Positions 47,455-57,118 of a stretch of DNA of 64,000 nucleotides are shown here, one piece after another. Made by a program: the position numbers and the translations under genes. Within the stretch, counting starts at the first letter, position 1; every line of letters starts with the position of its first letter. The notes under the pieces were generated by a model. It ran no database searches, had not been told where the DNA came from, and was given only the letters and a program-made list of their open reading frames with translations. This DNA comes from an uncultured Clostridia bacterium (GTDB lineage: Bacteria; Bacillota; Clostridia; TANB77; CAG-508): assembly GCA_934101145.1 (NCBI GenBank), contig CAKOPZ010000002.1:28866-92865 (forward strand), written 5' to 3'.

Positions 47455-47643
47455 ATGGCAAATTTAAGTCAAGTTGAATTACAAAATTTGAGACATTTGA
47501 TAGGTGCACATGAGACATCTTATCAAAAACTAAATACGTATGCATCACAAGCTGTAGACCCACAAATTAAGCAAATGTTTACAAAGTCTGCACAAGATGC
47601 ATTAAATACAAAACAAAAACTAATGTCTTTTTTAAATTCTTAA
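47455..47643 (+). CDS. CotF-like small spore coat protein (Coat F domain)
   Basis: 62 aa. Helical pattern L..L..H...A.E.. resembles the B. subtilis YraD/YraF family. Paired with a second CotF-like gene. Confidence 0.5.
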   Translation: MANLSQVELQNLRHLIGAHETSYQKLNTYASQAVDPQIKQMFTKSAQDALNTKQKLMSFLNS

Positions 47644-47656
47644 GGGAGGAAATAGT

Positions 47657-47902
47657 ATGGACGAAAAAACAATGGTAAATGATATTTTAGCTGGTGTTAA
47701 ATCTAGTTTAACAGCATATCAAACAGCAATATCTGAAACTGAAAATATGCAACTTAGACAGACTTTTCAACAAATTAGAAATAATGATGAAAGTTTTCAG
47801 TATGAGTTATTTAAAACGGCTGAAGCTAAAGGTTATTATAAGCCAGCTCAAAAGGCAAGTACAACAGAGATTGAGACAGTAAAAACAGAACTACAACAAT
47901 AG
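47657..47902 (+). CDS. CotF-like small spore coat protein
   Basis: 81 aa. Same family pattern (NDILAGVKSSLTAYQTAISETEN...RNNDESFQYELFK). Confidence 0.5.
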   Translation: MDEKTMVNDILAGVKSSLTAYQTAISETENMQLRQTFQQIRNNDESFQYELFKTAEAKGYYKPAQKASTTEIETVKTELQQ

Positions 47903-47965
47903 AATTTGTGAAAATTAAAGATTGAAAGAGAAAAAATGAGATAACACTTACGGAAATAAGATAAG

Positions 47966-48009
47966 AAAAGATTTTAAACAATAATTATTATTGTTTAAAA
48001 TCCTTTTTT
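47966..48009 (+). terminator. Terminator after CotF-like pair
   Basis: Long stem aaaagattttaaacaataat / attattgtttaaaatcctttt plus T-run. Confidence 0.55.
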
Positions 48010-48023
48010 AATATAAAATACAT

Positions 48024-49064
48024 TTGAAATTTTGTTTTAAGGGAGTGTTTGTTATTAATACATTCAGAAAAATAGCAATAACAGTAAGAACTTCAATAAG
48101 ATTTGTTGTATTATCAATTATTGCTGCAATTTTAGTAATTAGCGCAATAGTGATATTTTATCATCCAACTTATGCAGTTTCAGTTAATGGACAATTGGTT
48201 GGATATACAGAAAATAAAAGTGAGTTACAAGAAAAAATAAATGATTATATATCACCAAAAGAAGGCGAAAATTTAGCATTTGTTCAGATTGATGCAATGC
48301 CAACATATGAACTATGTTTGCTAAAGAAGGATATTAAGACAAATGATGATGAAATTTTTAGCAAAGTAACAGATAATGGAACGAAGTATTATAAATATTA
48401 TGCTATAACTGATGATAAAGATGAAAAAACATATGTAGCATCTTTTAAAGAAGCAGAGGAAATTGTTGAAGGGTTAAAAAAGAAAAAGAGTGCAAATGCA
48501 AAAGATATTGGTATTGTAGAGAAATATGATGTATCTTTAAAAGAATTTACAGGAGTTGATAAAGCAATTTCAAAACTATATGAAAAGCCAAAGGTAACTG
48601 TTCAAAAAACTGTTTCTACAAAGTATTCGTCTCCATCGGCTTCAAATTATAGTTCTGGTAAATCATATAGCAAGGTTGAAATAGGTATTGCATTAATTAA
48701 ACCTGTTTCTGGAACAATAATGTCACGTTTTGGAAGTAATGATAGTGTAAGAAGTCATACTCATACAGGACTTGATATTGCAGCACCAAAAGGTACATCA
48801 ATAAAGGCGGCAGCTTCAGGTACTGTAACATATGCAGGTAATGCAGGAGATGGATATGGAAATTATGTTGTTATTTCACATGGCAATGGAGTACAAACTG
48901 TATATGCACATTGTAGTAGAGTATTAGTTAGTAAAGGCCAACAAATTAGCCAAGGGGAAGTAGTTGCTAAAGTTGGATCAACAGGAAATTCAACAGGAAA
49001 TCATCTTCATTTAGAAGTGAGAAAAAATGGGATTTCATATAATCCGCAATATTATCTATATTAA
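48024..49064 (+). CDS. M23-family (LytM-domain) metallopeptidase, membrane-anchored
   Basis: C-terminus HTGLDIAAP...GNYVVISHGNG..TVYAHCS...GSTGNSTGNHLHLEV is the M23 signature. N-terminal TM. Start codon is uncertain (TTG at 48024). Confidence 0.8.
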   Translation: MKFCFKGVFVINTFRKIAITVRTSIRFVVLSIIAAILVISAIVIFYHPTYAVSVNGQLVGYTENKSELQEKINDYISPKEGENLAFVQIDAMPTYELCLLKKDIKTNDDEIFSKVTDNGTKYYKYYAITDDKDEKTYVASFKEAEEIVEGLKKKKSANAKDIGIVEKYDVSLKEFTGVDKAISKLYEKPKVTVQKTVSTKYSSPSASNYSSGKSYSKVEIGIALIKPVSGTIMSRFGSNDSVRSHTHTGLDIAAPKGTSIKAAASGTVTYAGNAGDGYGNYVVISHGNGVQTVYAHCSRVLVSKGQQISQGEVVAKVGSTGNSTGNHLHLEVRKNGISYNPQYYLY

Positions 49065-49190
49065 CAAAGCGACTTTAGGTCGCCCTTTGTTCTTGCCGAT
49101 TTGAGTTTTCGACTAAAAGGAGAAAAACTCAAAGGCAACAGCGATTGTAGCATTTTAATATACTAGAAAAAGGAAAATTTTCTAGTACAT
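49063..49190 (+). repeat. Copy B of the ~130-nt three-hairpin structured repeat element (plus orientation)
   Basis: Hairpin 1 is aacaaagCGACtttagGTCGccctttgtt. Hairpin 2 is tttgagtttt-cgactaaaaggag-aaaactcaaa, with AAAGGAG in its loop. Hairpin 3 is actagaaaa-agga-aattttctagt. About 85% identical to the reverse complement of 16301-16431. Confidence 0.7.
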
Positions 49191-49193
49191 TGA

Positions 49194-49222
49194 AAAAACT
49201 GCCTTCATAGGCAGTTTTTTTC
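49194..49222. terminator. Bidirectional terminator (M23 gene / mecA)
   Basis: Stem aaaaaactgcct / aggcagttttttt. Confidence 0.6.
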
Positions 49223-49866
49223 TAAACGATATAGTGTTTTAAACTTATTTTTAAAGCATTATTTTTTATGACAATTTTGCCATATTCTTCTATTTTAGAA
49301 ATCAATAGGCTTGAATCATTTACATATGTACCAAATTCAGTTATAAATGAATAAAATTTTGATATATTATTATCATTATTGTTAATGTTATATAATATTA
49401 AATAAAATTTAGTTTTATATATGTATGCAATAATTTTTTTAGCAATTAGATAGCTTTTATCTAAACTTGAGTTATGCAAATATTCGATAAAATTACAGTA
49501 ATCATCAAAAGTCTCAAATTTATATACTACTTGATTTGTTTTTGATGAAAGAGATTTTCGTTTTATCTTAAATTTTTTTCTTTCAGTAGAGTTGTTTTGC
49601 AAAAACTTATCAATATTTGCTTCACGTGCTCTTGTTACATTTACTACAAAATCTCCATCAATCATTGCAAGTGCTTCTATTTTTACACGATAATCAGTTG
49701 TGTTAAATCCAATTTGTGTTTTAGCTTCTTCTAAAATATCTAAAAATAAATCCTGAGATTCTAAAGGGTTAGACATAAAGTCGTGAAAGTTAATATGCTT
49801 TTCTTCAAAATCTCCAGGGGTTAATGTAATTCTTATTTTATTTTCATTAAGTTTTTCAAATTTCAT
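49222..49866 (-). CDS. mecA: Adaptor protein MecA
   Basis: N-terminus MKFEKLNENKIRITLTPGDF matches the MecA N-domain. About 214 aa. Confidence 0.8.
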   Translation of the reverse strand: MKFEKLNENKIRITLTPGDFEEKHINFHDFMSNPLESQDLFLDILEEAKTQIGFNTTDYRVKIEALAMIDGDFVVNVTRAREANIDKFLQNNSTERKKFKIKRKSLSSKTNQVVYKFETFDDYCNFIEYLHNSSLDKSYLIAKKIIAYIYKTKFYLILYNINNNDNNISKFYSFITEFGTYVNDSSLLISKIEEYGKIVIKNNALKISLKHYIV

Positions 49867-50094
49867 GAGATAACCTCCAATGCTTTTGATATATAATATT
49901 ACATTTTTTCTTAAAAGGTACTAATTAATATAACATAAACGTTTTTAAATGTAAATAAACTTAAATATATTTTAGCATAAAAAAACTCAAAAATAAATAG
50001 AAAATATTTCCGGTATGTATTGAAAAAAATGATATTTCCATATATAATATTATGGAAAAATTAAACAATATTTAATACTTAGGAGGAATATTAA

Positions 50095-50352
50095 GTGGCA
50101 ACAAGAGAAAAAAATATATGGATATTAATTGTATTTATATTATGTGGAATAGTTGTTGGAGGCTTACTTGGGGATTTAGCTTCTAAAGTGGATTTTTTAT
50201 GGTGGCTATCATATGGAGAATCATTTGGATTTTCAAATCCTATTTCACTTGATTTGAATGTGATACAACTAACATTTGGATTAATGTTTAAAATAAACAT
50301 AGCAAGTATAATAGGTATGGTACTAGCCATATTTATTTATAGAAAAGTGTAA
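50095..50352 (+). CDS. DUF4321 family small membrane protein
   Basis: 85 aa with two TM helices. Conserved position upstream of radC-mreBCD in Clostridia. Confidence 0.6.
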   Translation: MATREKNIWILIVFILCGIVVGGLLGDLASKVDFLWWLSYGESFGFSNPISLDLNVIQLTFGLMFKINIASIIGMVLAIFIYRKV

Positions 50353-50384
50353 TAGTTTGGGGGCTTGAAGAAAGGAAGATTGTT

Positions 50385-51104
50385 GTGGCAACAAAAATAA
50401 AGGAACTGCCAATGTCTGAAAGACCCTATGAAAAAATGGAAATGTATGGAGCAGATACATTATCAAATGCAGAATTACTTGCGATAATTATAAAAAGTGG
50501 TACAAGGGATGCAAGTTCACTTGATACTGCACATAAAATACTTTCGATGAAGAACAAGAATAGTGATAGTTTAAGATTTATACAAGATATGTCTATTCAG
50601 GAGTTTATGAAAATAAAAGGGATTGGAAAAGTAAAGGCAATACAGTTAAAAGCTGTATGTGAATTTGCAAAGAGAATATCAAGGCCAATAGAAGTGCCAA
50701 AGATTCAGATTAGCTGCCCAGATGATATTGCTAATCTACTAATGGATGAATTAAAATATGAAAAAAGAGAAGTTGTAAAGGTTATTATACTGAACATAAA
50801 AAATATCGTGATAAAAATTGTAGACATATGTTTAGGAAGTGATAATGCAGCTATACTAAAGCCAAGAGATGCACTAACAGAAGCTATAAAAATTGGTGCA
50901 CCAAAAATTGCAATAGTACATAATCATCCAAGTGGAGATCCGACTCCAAGTAAAGCAGACATAGATTTTACAGACAGATTGGGACAGGCGGCATCCATTA
51001 TGGGGATAGAATTGTTAGATCATATTGTCATTGGAGATTGTAGATTTGAGAGTATTTTTTTGAATTCTATAAGAAAACATCAGAAAACTAGAAAGGAATT
51101 GTGA
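50385..51104 (+). CDS. radC: RadC-like JAB-domain protein (UPF0758)
   Basis: HhH-like N-domain and a JAMM motif (HNHPSGDPTPSKAD). Confidence 0.88.
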   Translation: MATKIKELPMSERPYEKMEMYGADTLSNAELLAIIIKSGTRDASSLDTAHKILSMKNKNSDSLRFIQDMSIQEFMKIKGIGKVKAIQLKAVCEFAKRISRPIEVPKIQISCPDDIANLLMDELKYEKREVVKVIILNIKNIVIKIVDICLGSDNAAILKPRDALTEAIKIGAPKIAIVHNHPSGDPTPSKADIDFTDRLGQAASIMGIELLDHIVIGDCRFESIFLNSIRKHQKTRKEL

Positions 51105-51107
51105 GAT

Positions 51108-52139
51108 ATGAATTTTTGGAATTTAGGCTCAAAAGATATAGGAATTGATTTAGGAACAGCAAATATACTTGTTACATTAAAGGGAAAGGGTATCATTTTA
51201 AATGAACCATCTGTTGTAGCAATAGATGTAAGTACAAGGGATATTTTAGCTACAGGATACGAAGCTAAAGAGATGCTTGGAAGAACACCAGAGAAAATAA
51301 AAGCTGTAAGACCATTGAAGGATGGCGTAATTGCTGACTTTACAGCAACTCAATTGATGCTTAAAAATATTATTTATAAAATATGCAAAAGATATAGCAT
51401 TGGAAGACCGAGAGTTGTAGTTGGAGTACCTTCTGGAATTACGGAAGTAGAAGAAAGAGCAGTAGAAGAAGCAATACTTCAAGCAGGTGCAAGAGAAGTG
51501 TATTTAATAGAGGAACCAATGGCTGCTGCTATTGGAGCAAACATGGATATTGCAGAACCTAGTGGAAATATTATTGTGGATATAGGTGGAGGCACTACAG
51601 AGGTTGCTGTTATTTCTCTAGGAGGAGTTGTAGTAAGCAATTCTATTAGAATTGCGGGAGATGATTTAGATGAAGATATAGTTAATCACATAAAAAGAGA
51701 AAGAAATTTAGCAATTGGCGAAACTACAGCAGAACAAATAAAAAAGGAAATTGGCTGTGCTATGCCTTTAATGTCTGAGGCTAGTATGGAAGTAAAAGGA
51801 AGGGATTTAACAAGTGGACTTCCAGAAACAATTACAGTTACATCAACAGAAATTGAGGAATCAATGAGGGAAAGCATTGAAAAAATTGTGGATGTTGTAA
51901 GATTAACACTTGAAAAAACACCACCAGAACTTGCTTCTGATATTATGGAAAAAGGTATTGTTCTTGCAGGAGGAGGAGCACTTATAAAAAATTTGGACAA
52001 ATTGATATCTGAAAGAACTGAAATGCCAGTATATGTCGCAGAAGAGCCTTTGGATTGTGTAGTTAAAGGTACAGGAAAAACACTTGAAGATTTGGAAAGA
52101 TTAAAGACAGTGCTAATTAATGCTAGAAAAAGAAAATAA
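51108..52139 (+). CDS. mreB: Rod shape-determining protein MreB
   Basis: Actin-fold motifs IGIDLGTANI and DIGGGTTEVAV. Confidence 0.93.
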   Translation: MNFWNLGSKDIGIDLGTANILVTLKGKGIILNEPSVVAIDVSTRDILATGYEAKEMLGRTPEKIKAVRPLKDGVIADFTATQLMLKNIIYKICKRYSIGRPRVVVGVPSGITEVEERAVEEAILQAGAREVYLIEEPMAAAIGANMDIAEPSGNIIVDIGGGTTEVAVISLGGVVVSNSIRIAGDDLDEDIVNHIKRERNLAIGETTAEQIKKEIGCAMPLMSEASMEVKGRDLTSGLPETITVTSTEIEESMRESIEKIVDVVRLTLEKTPPELASDIMEKGIVLAGGGALIKNLDKLISERTEMPVYVAEEPLDCVVKGTGKTLEDLERLKTVLINARKRK

Positions 52140-52155
52140 ATCTAGGAGAGATTAA

Positions 52156-52971
52156 ATGTATAAAAAGAAAAAAACAGGGATTATTGGAGTAGTAATTACA
52201 ATTATTATATTGATTTTTCTTGTGGCTGTTACAAATACGGATATTGCAAAGATGTCGTATATAGAAAATATAGTTAGTACATTGGTTATGCCTATTCAAA
52301 ATGGACTTACATATTTGAAGGGAAAACTTACTGGAAATGATAGTTTCTTTCAAGACGTAAATAAGTTAAAGGAAGAAAATGAGCAGCTTAAAAAGAAAAA
52401 TAGTGAACTTGAACAATCACTTCGTGAATATGAAATTATAAAGTCTGAAAATGATACTCTAAAAGAGTATATGAATTTAAAAGATAAATATAAAAATTAT
52501 AGTACAATGCCTGCATATGTTATAAACAAAGATATTAGTAATTATAGTAATACAGTTGTGATAAATGTTGGAGAAAAAGATGGAATAAAAGAAGATATGA
52601 CTGTTATTGCAGATGAGGGATTAGTTGGACATGTTATTTCTGTAACAGATCATACAGCAAAAGTGCAAACAATTATAGATACAGCAACAGCGGTTACAAG
52701 CACTATAAGTACAACTAAAGATACAATAGTAGTTCAAGGAACACTTGAAAACAATGGTGTACTTAAAGCTACATATATTCCGACAGATGCAACGGTACTT
52801 CAAGGAGATAGTGTTGAAACATCTGGACTTGGAGGAATTTATCCAAAAGGAATTCATATTGGTATAATAAAAGAAGTATATAATACAAAAAATCCAACAG
52901 ATAGATATGCAACAGTTGAAACAGCAGTTGATTTTTCAAAACTTGCAACAGTTTTGGTTATAACAAACTAA
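52156..52971 (+). CDS. mreC: Rod shape-determining protein MreC
   Basis: N-terminal TM, coiled coil, C-terminal beta-domain. Position after mreB. Confidence 0.85.
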   Translation: MYKKKKTGIIGVVITIIILIFLVAVTNTDIAKMSYIENIVSTLVMPIQNGLTYLKGKLTGNDSFFQDVNKLKEENEQLKKKNSELEQSLREYEIIKSENDTLKEYMNLKDKYKNYSTMPAYVINKDISNYSNTVVINVGEKDGIKEDMTVIADEGLVGHVISVTDHTAKVQTIIDTATAVTSTISTTKDTIVVQGTLENNGVLKATYIPTDATVLQGDSVETSGLGGIYPKGIHIGIIKEVYNTKNPTDRYATVETAVDFSKLATVLVITN

Positions 52972-52985
52972 GAGGAGGAAATAGA

Positions 52986-53519
52986 TTGAAAAAAGTTATC
53001 GCAGTGATAGGTATGATATTTTCATTTTTTATAATTTATTTTTTACAGTCAAATTTCTTTACTTGGTTTACCATTGCCAAAATAAAACCAAATTTATTTG
53101 TAATATTAGTATTATTTATTGGTTTGTTTGCAGGGAAAAAAATTGGTGTAATTTTAGGTTTTGTATTTGGGATAATTATTGACTTGCTTATAGGAAGAAC
53201 AGTTGGAATGACAGGTATTTTGCTTGCCTTTATAGGACTTTTGGGAGAATATTTTGATAAAAATTTTTCGAAAGAAAGCAGATTTACAATTATGCTAATG
53301 GTATTGGGAAGTACGATATTTTATGAAATAGGTTCATACATTTTCAATGTTTTTAGATTAGGAATTCAGTTTGAATTATATAGTTTTATAAAAATTTTAC
53401 TAATAGAATCAATTTACAATATACTTATTGTAATTATTATATATCCGATTTTTCAAAAAATAGGATATGTGTTAGAAAATACTTTTAAAGTAAAAAACGT
53501 TTTAACAAGATATTTTTAA
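52986..53519 (+). CDS. mreD: Rod shape-determining protein MreD
   Basis: 177 aa polytopic membrane protein after mreC. TTG start after gaggagg RBS. Confidence 0.75.
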   Translation: MKKVIAVIGMIFSFFIIYFLQSNFFTWFTIAKIKPNLFVILVLFIGLFAGKKIGVILGFVFGIIIDLLIGRTVGMTGILLAFIGLLGEYFDKNFSKESRFTIMLMVLGSTIFYEIGSYIFNVFRLGIQFELYSFIKILLIESIYNILIVIIIYPIFQKIGYVLENTFKVKNVLTRYF

Positions 53520-53648
53520 TGTGAATAAATCAAAGTGATATAAAAAGAATTGTGGATAAAATATAAAAGCAAAGAAGGTGAGTAATTTCTGAAGAAGGTA
53601 AAAATAACAGATAAAAGTACAAAATTAAGATACAATCTAGTAACATCA

Positions 53649-55691
53649 TTGATTTATGTAGTAGGGGTTATATTATTACTTCAATTATTTAATTTACAAA
53701 TAGTTAAAGGGAAAGAATATAGAGAACAGTCAAATACAAGACTTACTAGGGAGTCGGTTCTTAGAGCAGCAAGAGGTTCTATAAAAGATAGAACAGGTGT
53801 TGAACTTGTAACTAATGAAACAGGGTTTGGACTTGAAATATACAAAACAAAAGCAGATGATGCAACTTTAAATACTGCAATAGGAAAAATGATTGAAATA
53901 CTTGAAGAAAATAATGATACTTATATAGATCATTTTCCTGTAAATGTTAATCCATATGCTTTTACATATACATCTGAAGATAGTCAGAAAGGTTGGAAAA
54001 AAAGTAACAATATAGATGAAAATTTTTCGGCAGAACAGGTTTTTAATTATTATAAAGAAAAGTATGGTATTACAGAGAATGATATTGGTAAGGCAAGAAA
54101 AATAATGGCAATAAGATACGAAATTACTCGAAATGGATATAGTACAACAAGATCTGTAAAGATTGCAAATAGTATTAGCAGACAAAGTGCAGTAAAGATA
54201 CGTGAACAAAGTAGTAGTCTTCCTGGTATGAATGTTATTACTGAGCCAATAGTAAAATATACATCTAAAAGTCTTGCTTCTCACATTTTGGGATATGTAG
54301 GAGCTATAAATGAAGGAGAATATAAAACAAGACAGGACACATATAGAAATGATGATGTTATAGGAAAAACAGGAATTCAAAAAATATTTGAACAATATTT
54401 GAAAGGACAAGATGGTGTAAAACAAATTGATATGGCTGTTGATGGAAGCATAACAAGTGAGTATGTATCCAAAGAAGCAGTTGCAGGGTCTGATGTAGTA
54501 TTAACTATAGATGCAAATTTGCAAAAGGCAGCTGAAGAGGCATTGCAGAAAAATATAAAAGATTTACAAAATGGAAAGTTTGGTAAAAAGAAGAAGGATG
54601 CAAAATCAGGTGCAGTTGTAGTTATGAAAGTAAAAACGGGAGAGGTTTTAGCACTTGCAAGCTATCCTGATTATGAACCAGAGTTATTTACAAATGGAAT
54701 TAGTCAAAGTGTTTATGATTCATACCAAAAAGGAAACAATCTATATAATAGAGCTGTAAGTGGAAGTTATGCACCAGGTTCAACATTTAAAATGGCGACA
54801 GCACTTGCAGGACTTGAAACAGGCAAAATTACAACAAGCACTAAAATAAATGATACAGGTGTATATCCAAGAGGAGGAAATCCAGTATGCTGGATGTATA
54901 CAAGCTATCGTAGAGGACATGGATATTTGAATGTATCTCAAGCTATAAAACATTCTTGTAATTATTTCTTTTACGAGATTGGTTATAGGGTTGGAATCGA
55001 TAATATTGCTAAATATGCAAGTTATTTAGGACTTGGAAGAAAGACAGGAATTGAACTTCAAGATGAAACAAGTGGAGTACTTGCAACTGCCGAAAATAAA
55101 AAGAAAATGTATGGAGATGACTGGTATTTAGGAGATACATTATCTGCAGCAATTGGACAAACTTTAAATTCTTTTTCACCTCTTCAAATGGCTAAATATG
55201 TTAGCATGTTATCAAATGGTGGGAAAAACATAGATGTAACTCTTATAAAATCTGTTGTAAATGCAGATGGAAGTGAAGTTTCAAAAGATGAAATTAAGAA
55301 ATATACAAACGAAAAATTAGGATTGAAAAATGAAACTACAGAAGATTTACACGTTAAAGAATCAAATTTGCAGGCAATTTTAAAAGGTATGAAAGGCGTT
55401 ACAAGTGAAGGTGGTACAGCATATTCTGCCTTTGCAAATTTTGATATTGAAGTAGGTGGTAAAACAGGTTCTGCTCAAACAGGAGATGGCAAAGATGCGC
55501 ATGCTTGGTTTGTGGGATTTGCACCATATGATAATCCTGAAATTGCAGTTGTTGTACTTGCAGAGCATGGAGGTACAGGAGGTTATACAGCTGGTGTTGC
55601 AAGAGATATTATGAAAGAATATTTTGGAATGAATTCAAAATCTGTTACAGAAAATGTACAAGCAATTTCAACTACTCAAAGTGTAAGATAG
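53649..55691 (+). CDS. mrdA: Penicillin-binding protein 2 (class B transpeptidase, MrdA/SpoVD-like); true N-terminus probably starts near 53589
   Basis: Transpeptidase motifs STFK (SGSYAPGSTFK), SxN and KTGS (GGKTGSAQ). Frame is open from 53586 (...KKVKITDKSTKLRYNLVTSLIYVV...) with no ATG/GTG/TTG before 53649. A CTG at 53589 sits 7 nt after a GGTGA SD. Confidence 0.85.
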   Translation: MIYVVGVILLLQLFNLQIVKGKEYREQSNTRLTRESVLRAARGSIKDRTGVELVTNETGFGLEIYKTKADDATLNTAIGKMIEILEENNDTYIDHFPVNVNPYAFTYTSEDSQKGWKKSNNIDENFSAEQVFNYYKEKYGITENDIGKARKIMAIRYEITRNGYSTTRSVKIANSISRQSAVKIREQSSSLPGMNVITEPIVKYTSKSLASHILGYVGAINEGEYKTRQDTYRNDDVIGKTGIQKIFEQYLKGQDGVKQIDMAVDGSITSEYVSKEAVAGSDVVLTIDANLQKAAEEALQKNIKDLQNGKFGKKKKDAKSGAVVVMKVKTGEVLALASYPDYEPELFTNGISQSVYDSYQKGNNLYNRAVSGSYAPGSTFKMATALAGLETGKITTSTKINDTGVYPRGGNPVCWMYTSYRRGHGYLNVSQAIKHSCNYFFYEIGYRVGIDNIAKYASYLGLGRKTGIELQDETSGVLATAENKKKMYGDDWYLGDTLSAAIGQTLNSFSPLQMAKYVSMLSNGGKNIDVTLIKSVVNADGSEVSKDEIKKYTNEKLGLKNETTEDLHVKESNLQAILKGMKGVTSEGGTAYSAFANFDIEVGGKTGSAQTGDGKDAHAWFVGFAPYDNPEIAVVVLAEHGGTGGYTAGVARDIMKEYFGMNSKSVTENVQAISTTQSVR

Positions 55692-55732
55692 ATACTAATG
55701 CTGACATATGTAAGAAAGGATGCAGATGTAAA

Positions 55733-56353
55733 ATGAAAAATAGTATTACAATTAGCATGAAAAAGGATCAAGTAATTATAAGAGTAGATGAAAATAGTGA
55801 ACAAAGAGATGTAATGGCAAGTTTGAAAAAGAAAATCATTGAGCTAAAGAATTTATATAAAGAAGATAAAACTCCTATTTTAATTACAGGAAAAGTATTG
55901 AAAAATAAAGAAATGGACGAAATACAAGGATTTATAAAAAGATTTCTTGATGTGCAAATAGATTTTGATAGTCCAAAAGAACTTGGACTTCATGGAATTA
56001 AGAAAAGTTTTTACAAAGAAATTGCAACATCAGAAACCAAGTTTCACAAAGGTTCACTTCGTTCAGGACAACAACTTGAATTTGAAGGAAGCCTTGTAAT
56101 TATTGGAGATGTAAATCCTGGGGCACAGGTTATTGCAGGAGAAAATATTATTATACTTGGTCAACTTAGAGGGCTTGCACATGCAGGCGCAAAAGGAAAT
56201 AGGGATGCTGTAATAGAAGCTGTAGAGATTGATTCGCTTCAACTTAGAATAGCAGATGTTGTAAAAGAAATAGAAAAAGATGATGAATCAGAAATAAGAA
56301 AAATAAAAACATCTGCATACCTTAATGAAAATGGAGAAATGATACTTGAGTGA
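55733..56353 (+). CDS. minC: Septum site-determining protein MinC
   Basis: C-terminal beta-helix region LVIIGDVNPGAQVIAGENIIILGQLRGLAHAG. 206 aa. Confidence 0.85.
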   Translation: MKNSITISMKKDQVIIRVDENSEQRDVMASLKKKIIELKNLYKEDKTPILITGKVLKNKEMDEIQGFIKRFLDVQIDFDSPKELGLHGIKKSFYKEIATSETKFHKGSLRSGQQLEFEGSLVIIGDVNPGAQVIAGENIIILGQLRGLAHAGAKGNRDAVIEAVEIDSLQLRIADVVKEIEKDDESEIRKIKTSAYLNENGEMILE

Positions 56354-56377
56354 ATATAGCATGCTGGCAAATATTCA

Positions 56378-56707
56378 CTAACCAAGTAACAATAAAATTA
56401 GGGCTATAAAAAGTATTTGGTCTTGAACTCCTTCTGTGTATAAGAAAAATATTAAACAGATGAGTAGTAAATCATCAAAATATAATTTTATACCTAAGAT
56501 TTCAAAAAGAACGGTATTGTCTGAAAAAGCAGTATCGTTTTTTTCTGCCCTTTTTAAATTTGTATCATCATTTGTTGATATTGAGCCTAACTTACTGGTA
56601 TTGTTATGTTTTGAATAATTTTGGCTAGATTTGGTATGCATAAGATTGCTTTGATAGCCTTGTGGTATTTTAGGGGGATAGAAAGGGGGATAATAATAAT
56701 ACATCAT
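56378..56707 (-). CDS. Small Tyr/Pro-rich protein with C-terminal TM segment (possible spore coat/envelope protein)
   Basis: MMYYYYPPFYPPKIPQGYQ N-terminus. Its start ATG overlaps the upstream gene stop (ATGA). Confidence 0.45.
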   Translation of the reverse strand: MMYYYYPPFYPPKIPQGYQSNLMHTKSSQNYSKHNNTSKLGSISTNDDTNLKRAEKNDTAFSDNTVLFEILGIKLYFDDLLLICLIFFLYTEGVQDQILFIALILLLLG

Positions 56708-57096
56708 TTTTTCTTATCACCACCTAGGGAGCCAAAGGCTTCAAAAGCTTTTTCTATACCTAAAAATTGTATGTATTGTTCGACTTTTTCTTGTCTACTA
56801 CTTTTTAAGTAAGGCTTTAGCGAACGAAGTAAATTTGCTCTTGGGTCATTACGAGTTTCTTTTATTGAATCCATTACTTTCTTTATTTTCATTATTGTTT
56901 CAATATCTATATCTGGAACTTGATCAGAGGTAGAGTTTGCGTTTGGAGAGGCTGTATTAGAATGATTAGAAGAAGTGTTACTTCCTTTTTGATTTTGACT
57001 TAAATTAGACATCATATTTTTAATTTCATCAGGTATTTCATTATTGTTTAGCATATTGCTAATTTGATTCATTAAATTAGACATGTTATCACTCAT
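56704..57096 (-). CDS. Hypothetical N/S-rich small protein (131 aa)
   Basis: Start MSDNMSNLMNQ at 57096 after taaggaggg RBS. Low-complexity Asn/Ser-rich middle. Confidence 0.5.
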   Translation of the reverse strand: MSDNMSNLMNQISNMLNNNEIPDEIKNMMSNLSQNQKGSNTSSNHSNTASPNANSTSDQVPDIDIETIMKIKKVMDSIKETRNDPRANLLRSLKPYLKSSRQEKVEQYIQFLGIEKAFEAFGSLGGDKKK

Positions 57097-57118
57097 AGCA
57101 CCCTCCTTACTTAAATTA

